This document shows, in pieces, positions 8,720 to 18,331 of a DNA stretch of 64,000 nucleotides. Made by a program: the position numbers and the translations under genes. The stretch lies in IMG/VR virus record IMGVR_UViG_3300009709_000023, positions 1 to 64,000 of that record; one strand, 5' to 3'. The notes under the pieces are model-generated. The model searched no databases. It was not told the DNA's origin and saw only the letters and a list, made by a program, of their open reading frames with translations. Numbering within the stretch: the stretch's first letter is position 1; the number at the start of each line of letters is the position of its first letter. The stretch is from a virus (taxonomy: Duplodnaviria; Caudoviricetes).

Positions 8720-8786
8720 GTTTGTTTGGGTCCAGAGTTAAACCCTAGCTAGTGCTAGGGTGAAAGAAAGCTATACTAGAGGTATT

Positions 8787-9413
8787 TTAGCTTGTAGACG
8801 AATTGCTAGTCTCATTTCCATCTAAAAGTTCAAGCAGGAAAGATTTGAACTTAATACCATCCTGGAATACACGCCATACATCTTCTCGGCTATAGGGCAA
8901 ACTTACATTAACTGTAAACATTTCCAGATCTCCTTCTGGGTTTGAAATTTGACAAGGAGAAATAGACATAGGCATTCCAAGTTCTTTAAACCCCATGGAT
9001 GCACACAATAATGGAGACGACCAACCTATAAAGCGCGTTGCTAATTCAGTAATAGTTTCGCAAACACCCTTTTGTCTGGCATCGATAGTAAGCTGAGCAG
9101 CACCTTGAACAAAATACATTGATTCTCTGTCTATTAAGCCCCCGGTAATACCAAAGGTTTTCTGGCTCATCAAACTATTACTTAGCGATGTTTTTTGAAC
9201 CATATAAGAACCACGATCAATAATGATGCGGGGCTTTTCTTGTAGGGCAACTTTATGAAAATCAGATGAAGCATTGATTTCAATTGAGGAAACTTTCGGG
9301 TCTTTATCCCAAATAAGTTTCATTGGCTCAGTTTGACCTGAACTGAAATAGTAGCGAAGTGCTTCCACCAACATAGATTCCAGTGTTAACGGCGAAAATT
9401 GAGGCATTGTCAT
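8787..9413 (-). CDS. Putative tail completion/terminator protein
   Basis: Position between neck and sheath genes; size about 200 aa. Confidence 0.4.
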   Translation of the reverse strand: MTMPQFSPLTLESMLVEALRYYFSSGQTEPMKLIWDKDPKVSSIEINASSDFHKVALQEKPRIIIDRGSYMVQKTSLSNSLMSQKTFGITGGLIDRESMYFVQGAAQLTIDARQKGVCETITELATRFIGWSSPLLCASMGFKELGMPMSISPCQISNPEGDLEMFTVNVSLPYSREDVWRVFQDGIKFKSFLLELLDGNETSNSSTS

Positions 9414-10270
9414 AGTTCGTAATCCGGTAAAGTACTATCGAAGTATTGCTGCGGAAACTCGGGAAGATTACGTCCAATGAGAATGTATTCAATATCCCGC
9501 TTGGCAAGTTGGGTCAGCAAAAGAATCTGTCTCACAGTATTCCCTTGCAATTCTGTTGGAGTAAGTTTATCAACTTTGTAAATATCCCAACTACCAGTTC
9601 TTACAATAACATCTCCCACTCTAATTTCTGGAATAGAAATTGTCCAAGCAGGTAGTTGATTTGGCTCAGCTACACCAAAGTACCCTTTCAACTCAGAATT
9701 TTGGTTAGGATCATACTGTATATACATCGGACTGGCATTATAGTAACCATTCTCAAAACTTGTTCCTGCGCAGTATGGGCAGCGATCATCCATTACCAGT
9801 TCTAATTTAGGATTCCAGCAATACGGACAACGTTTGCCAAAAGTTTTAGCTCTAAAGAGATAACTCTTAATCCCTGCAAATCGAGATAATAACCAATACT
9901 CTCTGCGTTGAATTTCTATAGCCCTAAGCGTAACCCAGCCTCTTTGAGCTGGATCCCAAGATGTCGGCTTTGATCTTATCGCAACATTATTTTTTTGAGT
10001 TAGAATTGCTTCAACAACGTAGAAGCCTCGATTCCATTTACGAAATTCTTCTGTTGTAGTGTCGTCAAAAAATGTTTCTGATAGTGGGGTTGAATTAAGT
10101 TTTTGAAACCCTGAATCTTCCGAGCTGGAAAAATAAACATTATAAACACATGAGCCAAACTGAGCCGGTATAGTCCACGCAACAGTTACCTGTTTGTACC
10201 ATTGTGGGTATACCGTAACCTGAATTGCATAAGAACGCTGGGTCGTCTGCAAAGGCAGACGTTCGTTCAT
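9410..10270 (-). CDS. Putative neck/head-closure protein with CxxC Zn finger
   Basis: FN3-like N-terminus (VTVAWTIP..YNVYFS), CPYC...CPYC; ATG 10270 preferred over the ORF-track start. Confidence 0.45.
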   Translation of the reverse strand: MNERLPLQTTQRSYAIQVTVYPQWYKQVTVAWTIPAQFGSCVYNVYFSSSEDSGFQKLNSTPLSETFFDDTTTEEFRKWNRGFYVVEAILTQKNNVAIRSKPTSWDPAQRGWVTLRAIEIQRREYWLLSRFAGIKSYLFRAKTFGKRCPYCWNPKLELVMDDRCPYCAGTSFENGYYNASPMYIQYDPNQNSELKGYFGVAEPNQLPAWTISIPEIRVGDVIVRTGSWDIYKVDKLTPTELQGNTVRQILLLTQLAKRDIEYILIGRNLPEFPQQYFDSTLPDYEL

Positions 10271-10313
10271 AATTAAAAATTCGGGTTGTATAGAAAAATG
10301 AAAGGCCATGTAA

Positions 10314-10757
10314 TTACCAAATCGGGAAAAATGCTTCGTCCGACTGTACGAAACCCCAACCATTATCCAAGTTCATTTGGATCTTCAAGTTTTTGGAGTT
10401 GGTTAAAAATTGTTCTTGGTATTGACTAGCTTGTTGATTATACAAATTAAATCGTTCTTCAATTGGAATTGATATCCCGCCATCAGAATACTCCATTGTA
10501 TTCCTAGAGAGTTGTTGAGCCATACCACTCAAAAGTTTCCATAACGTGCCATCTAATAGGAGACCTTTAGATGGAAAGTTAGCGAGAGAGACTTTAGATA
10601 ATGGCGTTACCGCATTGAATTCGGAAACAGCAAGCTCCATACATAAAGTAATACGAGCATCCGTGAATTCAACGGAATCCAATAGATAGTTATTCGGCTG
10701 GTAATCTCCGAGAAATTCCCGGACTTCAGCAGTTGTTAGAATTTGTGCAATGGCCAT
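10314..10757 (-). CDS. Putative head-tail adaptor
   Basis: 147 aa, helical, VREFLGD...EFTD pattern; first gene of the neck-tail operon. Confidence 0.45.
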   Translation of the reverse strand: MAIAQILTTAEVREFLGDYQPNNYLLDSVEFTDARITLCMELAVSEFNAVTPLSKVSLANFPSKGLLLDGTLWKLLSGMAQQLSRNTMEYSDGGISIPIEERFNLYNQQASQYQEQFLTNSKNLKIQMNLDNGWGFVQSDEAFFPIW

Positions 10758-10828
10758 ATAAAGAGCAAAGGAGTCGTCCTTGATTTTAGTTTAGGCCAAA
10801 AGGAAACCGGGCTCAAGGCCCGGGTTAA

Positions 10829-11302
10829 TTAAGTGAATGAACCCAGATCTGGGCCTTCAGATGGCGGAGGGGTAGTATCAGTCTTTTTGTTACGTGCCTT
10901 TTGAGATGCAGCTTTAACTTCTTCTGGAGAAATTTCACTGGATGCCAAAGGTTTAGCATGAATTGCTACGGTCTTATCTTCAAGAGGATCTGCTGGTACT
11001 TCATCATCAGCCATTGGTACCTTGGCCAAACGTTCGTTTTGCTTATTAAGCATCTTACTCAAATCTTGGGCGGTCATCGGGCTACTAGGATCAAAGTACT
11101 CAATGATGGCAGGAAGAACTCCATCAGGATTTGATTTAGGTTTGGTCTTACTAATCTTGATCCAGTCACGATCCAGAGCGTAAATAACGTTCGGATCTTC
11201 GGAAATTTCATCCGGTGCTTCCTTCCAGCCAAGGGGAGCAAGAAGGTATTTGCCGCGAAGAATATCGACGTTCACCTTAGTTTTGTTTACAATATAAACC
11301 AT
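10829..11302 (-). CDS. Hypothetical protein
   Basis: 157-aa ORF preceded by TTGACA-18-TATACT (11331-11360, minus) and followed by a hairpin at 10807-10823. Confidence 0.75.
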   Translation of the reverse strand: MVYIVNKTKVNVDILRGKYLLAPLGWKEAPDEISEDPNVIYALDRDWIKISKTKPKSNPDGVLPAIIEYFDPSSPMTAQDLSKMLNKQNERLAKVPMADDEVPADPLEDKTVAIHAKPLASSEISPEEVKAASQKARNKKTDTTPPPSEGPDLGSFT

Positions 11303-11417
11303 TATTGGTTCCTTTCAACGTTGAACTTGTAGTATAACTCAAAATTCTAAAACATGTCAAGTCGAATTGGTATAAGCATAGTGTAGGGAAATTATATTTC
11401 AATTATTGGAGAACAAA

Positions 11418-11594
11418 GTGAGCAATGATATTCCTGTGCCGTTCGTAGTCATCTATAAAGATGTAGACGGCCGTGAAAGGAAATTCTTCACCTGGGCCCA
11501 TACGGGTGAAGATGCGATACAGGTTTGGGAAGAAGAGAAAAAAGAACCGGATGACGTTTTCATCAAGGTTCGCCAATCATTGGTAAATAATTAA
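11418..11594 (+). CDS. Small hypothetical protein
   Basis: GGAGA SD, GTG start, after TGGTATAAG at 11368. Confidence 0.7.
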   Translation: MSNDIPVPFVVIYKDVDGRERKFFTWAHTGEDAIQVWEEEKKEPDDVFIKVRQSLVNN

Positions 11595-11609
11595 TTGTGA
11601 GAGGATGTC

Positions 11610-11822
11610 ATGTCAACACCTAGCATTCTTGTCAATGAAGGTGGAAGCCTAGAGAAAAAACTTACTTCCGTTGCAGAAGTAAGTTTTTGGTACATTCCCG
11701 GCGGGTGTGATTACAGCAATGCTCAAGCAATTGTTGGTTATTTTGATGATCTAGCGTTCGCTAAAGAATTCCAAAGAAAAAATGAAATGCCGCCGGAAAT
11801 GGCATTTCTTACTAAGTACTAG
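11610..11822 (+). CDS. Small hypothetical protein
   Basis: GAGGA SD, ATG start. Confidence 0.7.
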   Translation: MSTPSILVNEGGSLEKKLTSVAEVSFWYIPGGCDYSNAQAIVGYFDDLAFAKEFQRKNEMPPEMAFLTKY

Positions 11823-11913
11823 ATTCGCTAACGTTGGGCGTCGGAATACGGGGAAGGTAGTCACCCCGTATTTTTAGTGTTATAATAAATTTTTACATTT
11901 ATTGTAACACGCC

Positions 11914-12780
11914 ATGAAACAATACCACGATTTACTTAAACAAGTCTTAAAGTACGGTGAAGTAACTAATGATCGTACTGGTGTCGGTACAATCTCTTTG
12001 TTTGGTCCACAAATTGAATTTGACCTTCAAGAAGAATTTCCTGCGGTAACCACAAAGAAGTTGGCATGGAAAGCCGTTGTCAGTGAACTACTTTGGTTCC
12101 TTGAAGGCAGTGATGATGAATTGCGGTTGAGGGAAATTTTGCACGGGGAAGACGAAAGCTATGCGTTGGAGACGCCTACAATATGGACTGCTAATGCTGA
12201 AGCTGATTATTGGAAATCCAAGGCTAAATTCAGAGGAGATGTCGGCCGCATTTACGGAGTTCAGTGGAGACGTTGGAATGACGGAGTTTTTGATGGAGAA
12301 GCCCAGTATGTTGATCAACTCGTTAATCTCATTAACGAAATCAAGACTAATCCAGATAGTCGTCGCTTGATTCTCACTGCATGGAATCCCGGTGAACTTG
12401 ACCAAATGGCACTGCCGCCCTGCCACGTTCTATCTCAGTTCAGGGTCCAAAATGGATTCTTGCATTGCAAGATGTATCAACGTTCAGCAGATCTCTTTCT
12501 TGGTTTACCTTTCAATATTGCTTCATATGCGTTGTTAACTCATATGATTGCTCAGGTCTGTAACTTGATCCCTGGCAGACTTATTATTACTATTGGTGAT
12601 GCCCATATATACATGAACCATGTAGATCAAGTAAAAGAATTGCTTACTCGTAAGCCATACCCATCGCCAACTTTAAATCTTAACAAAAATATCAATTATA
12701 TTGATGGCTTTACGATGAATGACATTTCCTTGATCGGGTATGAAAGCCACGCCGCAATCAAAGCACCTATGGCTGTTTGA
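11914..12780 (+). CDS. thyA: Thymidylate synthase
   Basis: DRTGVGT, PDSRRLI, MALPPCH catalytic Cys, QRSADLFLGLPFN, GDAHIY. Confidence 0.97.
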   Translation: MKQYHDLLKQVLKYGEVTNDRTGVGTISLFGPQIEFDLQEEFPAVTTKKLAWKAVVSELLWFLEGSDDELRLREILHGEDESYALETPTIWTANAEADYWKSKAKFRGDVGRIYGVQWRRWNDGVFDGEAQYVDQLVNLINEIKTNPDSRRLILTAWNPGELDQMALPPCHVLSQFRVQNGFLHCKMYQRSADLFLGLPFNIASYALLTHMIAQVCNLIPGRLIITIGDAHIYMNHVDQVKELLTRKPYPSPTLNLNKNINYIDGFTMNDISLIGYESHAAIKAPMAV

Positions 12781-12878
12781 TTCTATGGTATAAGAAATTT
12801 GAATGGAAGTTAATTTAACAGAAGAATTAATTATCAAACCTAAAGTGAAACAGGAAGAACCCAATTAAGGAGAATATT

Positions 12879-13178
12879 GTGGAAATTGCCGGCGCAAAAA
12901 TTGTGTATTACGTAGCATGGACAGAGTTTGAAAAAGGTTGGGGTAGCCGACCTGATGGGTGTAGTTACGCCATCGACAAAGATAAGCTTGCTGAAGAAGT
13001 TCGCCGACAAGAGTCTCTGGGAGATTATGAATGTTTCTCTAGAGCTACTCAGCCTCTACAAGGTATTGTCACTGATGCTTTGTATGAAGAAATTCGGTCG
13101 AGCAAATCTGGGCACGTTAGTACATTTCGTAATCATCATCCAGGTTTTCTTGGTCAATTTTCACCGGCCAAGGTATGA
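12879..13178 (+). CDS. Hypothetical protein
   Basis: GGAGAA SD, GTG start, after TGGTATAAG at 12786. Confidence 0.75.
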   Translation: MEIAGAKIVYYVAWTEFEKGWGSRPDGCSYAIDKDKLAEEVRRQESLGDYECFSRATQPLQGIVTDALYEEIRSSKSGHVSTFRNHHPGFLGQFSPAKV

Positions 13179-13193
13179 GTATTGGGGAGAGTC

Positions 13194-13222
13194 TTGACGC
13201 ATCTCCCTCTTTTTAGTACAAT
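13194..13222 (+). promoter_or_regulatory. Host sigma70-type promoter
   Basis: TTGACG-17 nt-TACAAT upstream of ATG 13243. Confidence 0.7.
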
Positions 13223-13242
13223 ATAATTTTTAAGGAAACAAC

Positions 13243-14211
13243 ATGGCTATCGCTACGGTTCTGCCGGTTATTCTGCCAGAAGAGTATTTCCAAGTTAACA
13301 AAAAAGTTAAACGCTTTCAGAACGAGAAAGATGCCATTGAATACAGCTCATCCCAAGTATTGAAGGATGAGTTAATAACTCTTATAGATGCTAAGAGTGA
13401 GGAAGCAGGCATATCTTATGTCGTGGATTATAAAACACCAAATGGTATGGTCTTACCAGTTTTCATACCAGAACGAAATATTGCTTTTGATGTAATTAGC
13501 CTCGTTGAAGGCGCTGAAGATAAGGTTGGCAATAAGTTTTTTCGTGAGCGTATGGAAAAAGCTCGATCAGAAGAAATTCAATTCATTCAAATTTTTGAAG
13601 ACGAATGGAAAGCTAAACAAACTATCGTAGATCATCGTATTCAAAATCTTATGGGTGTCTCTCCACGTATTTACGCCCGTAAAACAGAAGTTAAAGAAAT
13701 ACCTTGGGGCTTTGCTAAAAGCTTGCTTAATGCGTCTCATATACAAGGAGCAGGGGCAGGTGCTGCGATGGTTCTAGGCCTGGTAGATGGGAATAGTTTA
13801 GTGGCGATCATGACGTTTGGAGTTTCTCGTTTTGAGAAGACTGGACCTAAGGACTTTGAGTTAATTCGGTATACTTCAGTTGGAACCGTTGTTGGAGGAT
13901 TCTCTAAGCTAATGAAATATTTCATTGATAATTTTGGCCCAGAGAGAATTATTTCTTATTCGGATGCTCGCTGGAGTATCGGAAATGTTTATAGCAGTAA
14001 CGGATTTGAGTTAACCAACTACAGTCCCCCTGGATACTTCTGGACTCGTGATGGAGTTAGACATAACCGAATTAAATTTCAAAAGCATAAGCTTAAAGAT
14101 GTACTAGAAAAGTTCAACCCAATGCTGACTGAGAAGCAAAATTGTGAAGCTAACGGATATAAGCGTATCTTTGATGCTGGAATGCAGAAGTGGGAAATGA
14201 ATATTGATTGA
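13243..14211 (+). CDS. Hef-like putative homing endonuclease
   Basis: IQIFEDEW, RIYARK, VAIMTF, ELIRY, VVGGFSKL, ISYSD.RWS.G pattern recalled for phage Hef-like proteins. Confidence 0.55.
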   Translation: MAIATVLPVILPEEYFQVNKKVKRFQNEKDAIEYSSSQVLKDELITLIDAKSEEAGISYVVDYKTPNGMVLPVFIPERNIAFDVISLVEGAEDKVGNKFFRERMEKARSEEIQFIQIFEDEWKAKQTIVDHRIQNLMGVSPRIYARKTEVKEIPWGFAKSLLNASHIQGAGAGAAMVLGLVDGNSLVAIMTFGVSRFEKTGPKDFELIRYTSVGTVVGGFSKLMKYFIDNFGPERIISYSDARWSIGNVYSSNGFELTNYSPPGYFWTRDGVRHNRIKFQKHKLKDVLEKFNPMLTEKQNCEANGYKRIFDAGMQKWEMNID

Positions 14212-14215
14212 GGCA

Positions 14216-14242
14216 GTCCCGGTTTATAGCCGGGATTTTTTT
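14216..14242 (+). terminator. Intrinsic terminator
   Basis: TCCCGG/CCGGGA stem followed by T7. Confidence 0.75.
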
Positions 14243-14300
14243 AGCTCAATGAATTGGTATAAGAATAGTGTAGGAGAAACTAATTCTTTGGAGATTACAA

Positions 14301-14561
14301 ATGGACGCAGAAGAAGCACGTAGATTGACGGCAGCACATCGTCCCGCTATGGAACGTCGCCTTCGTAATGACATCAACGAAGGAATCGAATCTCAGGCCA
14401 AACAAGGCTTTTCGGAATACGAAGCAAGATTCGACAAAAACGAATATGCTGTCATTGAATCCCTTCGACAAGCTTTTGTCAAAGACGGATTCGACGTGAA
14501 AGTAGTCGATGGAAAAGAACATTTTCGTGCGCTGATGATTTCCTGGTCGAAGGAGTATTAA
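14301..14561 (+). CDS. Small hypothetical protein
   Basis: GGAG SD; after TGGTATAAG at 14255. Confidence 0.75.
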   Translation: MDAEEARRLTAAHRPAMERRLRNDINEGIESQAKQGFSEYEARFDKNEYAVIESLRQAFVKDGFDVKVVDGKEHFRALMISWSKEY

Positions 14562-14572
14562 TCCAAGGAGTA

Positions 14573-14767
14573 GTGATGTACTGCGAATACTGGAACTGGC
14601 TATACAGAGAATACGACGTTCTTGATATGCGAGAAGCTGCTACAAAAAAAGTTGTGGAAAATATGGCAGCAATTGAGCCCAAATATCCTTACGACGCTCC
14701 GGCACTTGGAGTAGATTCCCATACGCGCATGACTCGTGCTCGGGAATTTGAAACGGAGGAATTGTAG
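14573..14767 (+). CDS. Small hypothetical protein
   Basis: AAGGAG SD. Confidence 0.65.
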   Translation: MMYCEYWNWLYREYDVLDMREAATKKVVENMAAIEPKYPYDAPALGVDSHTRMTRAREFETEEL

Positions 14768-14780
14768 GGGTAGGGAAATA

Positions 14781-14808
14781 AATCCGGATAACACTTCCGG
14801 ATTTTTTT
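14781..14808 (+). terminator. Intrinsic terminator
   Basis: AATCCGGA/TCCGGATT stem followed by a T-run. Confidence 0.75.
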
Positions 14809-14898
14809 AGCTCCAGAAATGACAAGAGCCAGGCTTTAGACCTGGCTCAGGAGACTGATCACCCCCTTTCGAAGACAACCTACAGCTTTACAACACCT

Positions 14899-15792
14899 TT
14901 AGAACGTCGCATGAACGATAGCATTAGTATTACCAATACCAACACCAATCGATTCATAAGTCGTGAATTCGATGAAGTCCATTTCTGTCTTCAGGAACAC
15001 GGTTGCATCTTGCAGCATATAGAACTGTCCGAGGTATTCGGGCGGAGCGAACAAGAAAATTTCATTGTCTTGAACAATATCGTTCTTGATCGTCGTGATA
15101 ACCGGATAGCCGTAGAAACCAGCTTGACTTGCTTCACCACGGAACAGATCCGAAGCGGCAGGCGAGCCGATGTCAGTTGCAGGGAACGTAAGCATATCTG
15201 CATACAGCGACTGGGTCATCAAAATACAACCAACAGGCAGTTGGTTTTTAACCAGGTACTTCACAGCTTGCATCATATTCGCTTTCGTGAAACCACCCGA
15301 AATTGCGTGGGTGTTGCCCGAAGCACTGGCGATTGCCGAGATGCTGTTATAGAAGCCCAAGTCTTCAGCCTTCTGCATATCCTTGATCGAGTTTTCTTGC
15401 AGAACAGTGCGGATATCCGTACGATACGTTGCAAGTTCAAACTTGCTCTTACGGAAATCTTGCGAAGCGATCTTTTCAAAGGTCACAGCATAACGAGCAC
15501 CCTTGAAATAACGCAGTTCCGAACGTGCCAGGAAAGGAAGCGACGCAGCGATTGAGTCTGGTTCTTTTTCCACGATCACTGCGGGTTCTTCCGTCAATTG
15601 ACGGTCGAGTTCAGCAGCAGTGATAAACGTCGGGGGGAGAATCTTACGCGTGAAACCATCTTCACGCAGACGTTGACGGACAAACGCCGACATTGCAACG
15701 CCAGCTTCCTTTTCGAGCCCTTGATCGATTTTGTCGAGGAAAGAGCGGTTGATGAAGGAAACATCAACTGTTTCAGTATTATAAGCAGCCAT
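14899..15792 (-). CDS. Major capsid protein (HK97-fold type)
   Basis: 297 aa at the end of the protease-scaffold-decoration operon; strongly biased codons; RKILPP, YGYPVITTIK, YESIGVGIGN patterns. Confidence 0.75.
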   Translation of the reverse strand: MAAYNTETVDVSFINRSFLDKIDQGLEKEAGVAMSAFVRQRLREDGFTRKILPPTFITAAELDRQLTEEPAVIVEKEPDSIAASLPFLARSELRYFKGARYAVTFEKIASQDFRKSKFELATYRTDIRTVLQENSIKDMQKAEDLGFYNSISAIASASGNTHAISGGFTKANMMQAVKYLVKNQLPVGCILMTQSLYADMLTFPATDIGSPAASDLFRGEASQAGFYGYPVITTIKNDIVQDNEIFLFAPPEYLGQFYMLQDATVFLKTEMDFIEFTTYESIGVGIGNTNAIVHATF

Positions 15793-15794
15793 AG

Positions 15795-16229
15795 TTATGC
15801 CACGCTGATAGTGAGATGAGCCGTCACTTGGAACAGGCCTGTAGTAACCGCCGTCACAACGTCAAGAATTTCACCAACAACAGGATCAGTGCTGCCAGCA
15901 AGAGTAATCACACCATTCTTGCAGGTAACAGAATTACCCGGTGCATACGTCTGCGTGTTATCGTAATTAGCGATTTGTGCAATAAAATTGCCCCAGAGAA
16001 CCAGAGCCTTGTTGGTGTTTGCAGCCGAAGCCGAATCACCGTTACCTTCAAAAACGAGACCAACATTGTTTGCAGCCGATGCGCCTGAAAGATTAACAGT
16101 GCCGTCCGATTGCTTTTGGACCCAATTGCCGTTCTGGAGGGTCGCACCAGACGAGATCATTTCAGCGCGGTCACGGGCACCATCATATGGCCAGCCGCGA
16201 ATAATCTCTGCGTTGCGTTCCATTAACAT
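15795..16229 (-). CDS. Putative capsid decoration/cement protein
   Basis: 144 aa, beta-rich, immediately upstream of the MCP gene. Confidence 0.5.
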   Translation of the reverse strand: MLMERNAEIIRGWPYDGARDRAEMISSGATLQNGNWVQKQSDGTVNLSGASAANNVGLVFEGNGDSASAANTNKALVLWGNFIAQIANYDNTQTYAPGNSVTCKNGVITLAGSTDPVVGEILDVVTAVTTGLFQVTAHLTISVA

Positions 16230-16348
16230 AAGTTATTTACCTAAACTTTATAAGAACCCCGGAATTAACCAAGGCCTAGAATATTTCGTGTCACTTAACA
16301 CGACCTTCAAAATGTATTTTAATACCTAATTCTATTATGAGTAGAATT

Positions 16349-16675
16349 TTACAACTTTAATCCCGCAGTCTTTTGATGAATACGTTTTTCAAGATCTGAT
16401 TTTTCGTTATGATGGTGAACTGCTTCCAACGAACTCAAAATTCCTGCTGCAGCACCGAACTTACTACCAGCCGCCCTGCCGCCTAATCTTTTTAAAGCAC
16501 TGGATTCACCATGATGACCAGCATCAGATAAAGCTTCTCCGATTAATCCGCCACCTGCATAACCAAGAGCTCCAGAAACAGCGGCACCAAGAGCCGATCT
16601 ATTTGGGCTAATACGCTCCCTGGGCTCTTGGTTCTTTTCAGCAATTTTTTCTAAATATTTATTAGTCATTATCAA
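16349..16675 (-). CDS. NKYLEKIA-motif protein with Gly/Ala-rich hydrophobic segments
   Basis: MTNKYLEKIA N-terminus; GAAVSGALGYAGGGLIG. Confidence 0.8.
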   Translation of the reverse strand: MIMTNKYLEKIAEKNQEPRERISPNRSALGAAVSGALGYAGGGLIGEALSDAGHHGESSALKRLGGRAAGSKFGAAAGILSSLEAVHHHNEKSDLEKRIHQKTAGLKL

Positions 16676-17310
16676 CCAATGAGGAAATCAAGCAAAGGAT
16701 CGCCCTTCGGAGTAGGAATACCAGAACCAGACCCCATCGACGGCACAGAGTCAGTAATTGATGCAACTTTCTGAAGAACCGTTGGACTAATCAATTTCAG
16801 TTCTGCGAGGTCTTCATTAGTAAAAGCACCGGATTTATTTAACCGATCAATATGTTTTTCGGAAGCTCGTTTTTCAACAAATTTATCTTCCGACATTAAA
16901 GTAACGGCACGTTGTTCAGCAGCAGTTTTTTCAACCGCAAGTTTGTCAGCGCGACCTGATAAGAGTGTAGTTTCAGCTTCAAGAGCTTCAATATATTCAG
17001 CAGCTTTAACTAGCAATTCTGAATCATCTCCATCTTCTTGAGCGAAGGATTTGACATCAAACTTAGTCATTTCACGAATATTAATTCCCGCAGCCTTGAC
17101 AAGTTTGGCAGCTTCATGAACATCAACTCCCTTATCAACTAAAGCACGGGCGGCTTCTTTTTCCATCGTTTCTTGTGCAACAAGGTACTTAGCTTCAGTT
17201 TCATCGAAACCGGCTTGCTTAAGCATACCGACGGCGATGGTTTCCGGAGAGGTAGCTTTGAATTCTTCAGCTTTCTTGCGAAGGATGTCAGCGATTTGAG
17301 ACATGTTCAA
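16672..17310 (-). CDS. Putative scaffold/head-assembly protein
   Basis: Coiled-coil-like, many K-x-A sites, terminal PLLDFLIG. Confidence 0.5.
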   Translation of the reverse strand: MNMSQIADILRKKAEEFKATSPETIAVGMLKQAGFDETEAKYLVAQETMEKEAARALVDKGVDVHEAAKLVKAAGINIREMTKFDVKSFAQEDGDDSELLVKAAEYIEALEAETTLLSGRADKLAVEKTAAEQRAVTLMSEDKFVEKRASEKHIDRLNKSGAFTNEDLAELKLISPTVLQKVASITDSVPSMGSGSGIPTPKGDPLLDFLIG

Positions 17311-17562
17311 TTAATCCTTTTTCTTGTTAGGAATTACGCCGATGTCTTTTAGAGCACGGCTTTGCTGATGCTTATGCATCATATAACCAGTAGCAGCCAT
17401 TCCAACAGGGCCTAAAAGAGGGGCTCCTGCAACGGCTGCAAGGCCCGTTTTTACACCGGCCCAATTTTTAGAACGAGCCTTTTTATAAGCTTCGTGTTGT
17501 TCATCAGTTAAATCATAATCGCCAACTTGCTCAGCGATTTTTTCAAGATATTTATTTGTCAT
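17311..17562 (-). CDS. NKYLEKIA-motif small protein
   Basis: MTNKYLEKIAE; hydrophobic Gly/Ala segment. Confidence 0.8.
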   Translation of the reverse strand: MTNKYLEKIAEQVGDYDLTDEQHEAYKKARSKNWAGVKTGLAAVAGAPLLGPVGMAATGYMMHKHQQSRALKDIGVIPNKKKD

Positions 17563-17566
17563 ACCA

Positions 17567-17737
17567 TTAGTGCTTATGAGTTAAATATTCATCTGCAGCC
17601 ATACTGAGAGGGCCAACGATAGGAGAATTTGCAACTTCTTTAAGTCTATGTTTTGCCCCGGACTTATTTTTTGAATGAGTCTTTTTGCGATGCTTATCTT
17701 TGCTATGCTTCGCAATTTTTTCGAGGTATTTGTTCAT
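17567..17737 (-). CDS. NKYLEKIA-motif small basic protein
   Basis: ATG 17737 in a TAATG overlap; K/H-rich. Confidence 0.75.
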   Translation of the reverse strand: MNKYLEKIAKHSKDKHRKKTHSKNKSGAKHRLKEVANSPIVGPLSMAADEYLTHKH

Positions 17738-18273
17738 TACTTGTGATTCCATTTCTTCGCATTTTCAGCAAAGACAACTTCACGTTCAAGCTTTACATTT
17801 CCAGAAGCTTTAGCTCTGGATTTAGCGGAAGCTAAAGAACCTGAGCCGATCTTCTTATTTTGGGAAATGCCGAGTTTCTTATGGAGTAAGCCTTTGTTCT
17901 GCGGCTTGATATGGATACTAGACTTATTGTTTTTCTTGGCTTCTTTTTGCATGTTGCCATGAATCATGTTATTGATTTTCACAGCGCCGTAATCCAATGC
18001 GGTTCCCACGCCCATGCCAATACCAAGTAACTTACCATTTCGGCCAGTTACATGATCCATAAGTTTTCCACCAAATGTACGAGGAGCTTGTAATGCAGAT
18101 TTTTCAGCGGCGTGGATAAGACCTAGCTTTTGACCAATTCTGTCTGTAGCTAAAGTACCTAATCCACCAGCCCCTGCTGTGACAGCAGTTTGGGTTAGTT
18201 CTTGTTTTGTACTAGGGCCGCTATCATCAGGGATGATGCCAGCCGCAGCAATTTTTTCAAGGTACTTGTTCAT
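17737..18273 (-). CDS. NKYLEKIA-motif protein with a basic C-terminal domain
   Basis: MNKYLEKIAA; Gly-rich hydrophobic helices; basic tail after QKEA. Confidence 0.8.
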   Translation of the reverse strand: MNKYLEKIAAAGIIPDDSGPSTKQELTQTAVTAGAGGLGTLATDRIGQKLGLIHAAEKSALQAPRTFGGKLMDHVTGRNGKLLGIGMGVGTALDYGAVKINNMIHGNMQKEAKKNNKSSIHIKPQNKGLLHKKLGISQNKKIGSGSLASAKSRAKASGNVKLEREVVFAENAKKWNHK

Positions 18274-18292
18274 TCATGAATCCATTTAAAAA

Positions 18293-18312
18293 GGCCCCGA
18301 CTAGCGGGGCCC
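18293..18312 (-). terminator. Intrinsic terminator/hairpin after the scaffold gene
   Basis: GGCCCC(G)/(C)GGGGCC stem with an A-run on its left. Confidence 0.6.
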
Positions 18313-18331
18313 AAACCCATCCCGAGTTTAA

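Noticed and set aside
14911-15555. 214-aa plus-strand ORF opposite the capsid gene (and similar antisense ORFs at 7505, 19022, 40914, 52087)
   Set aside because: These are shadow frames of genes with biased codon usage; they have no SD or motifs.
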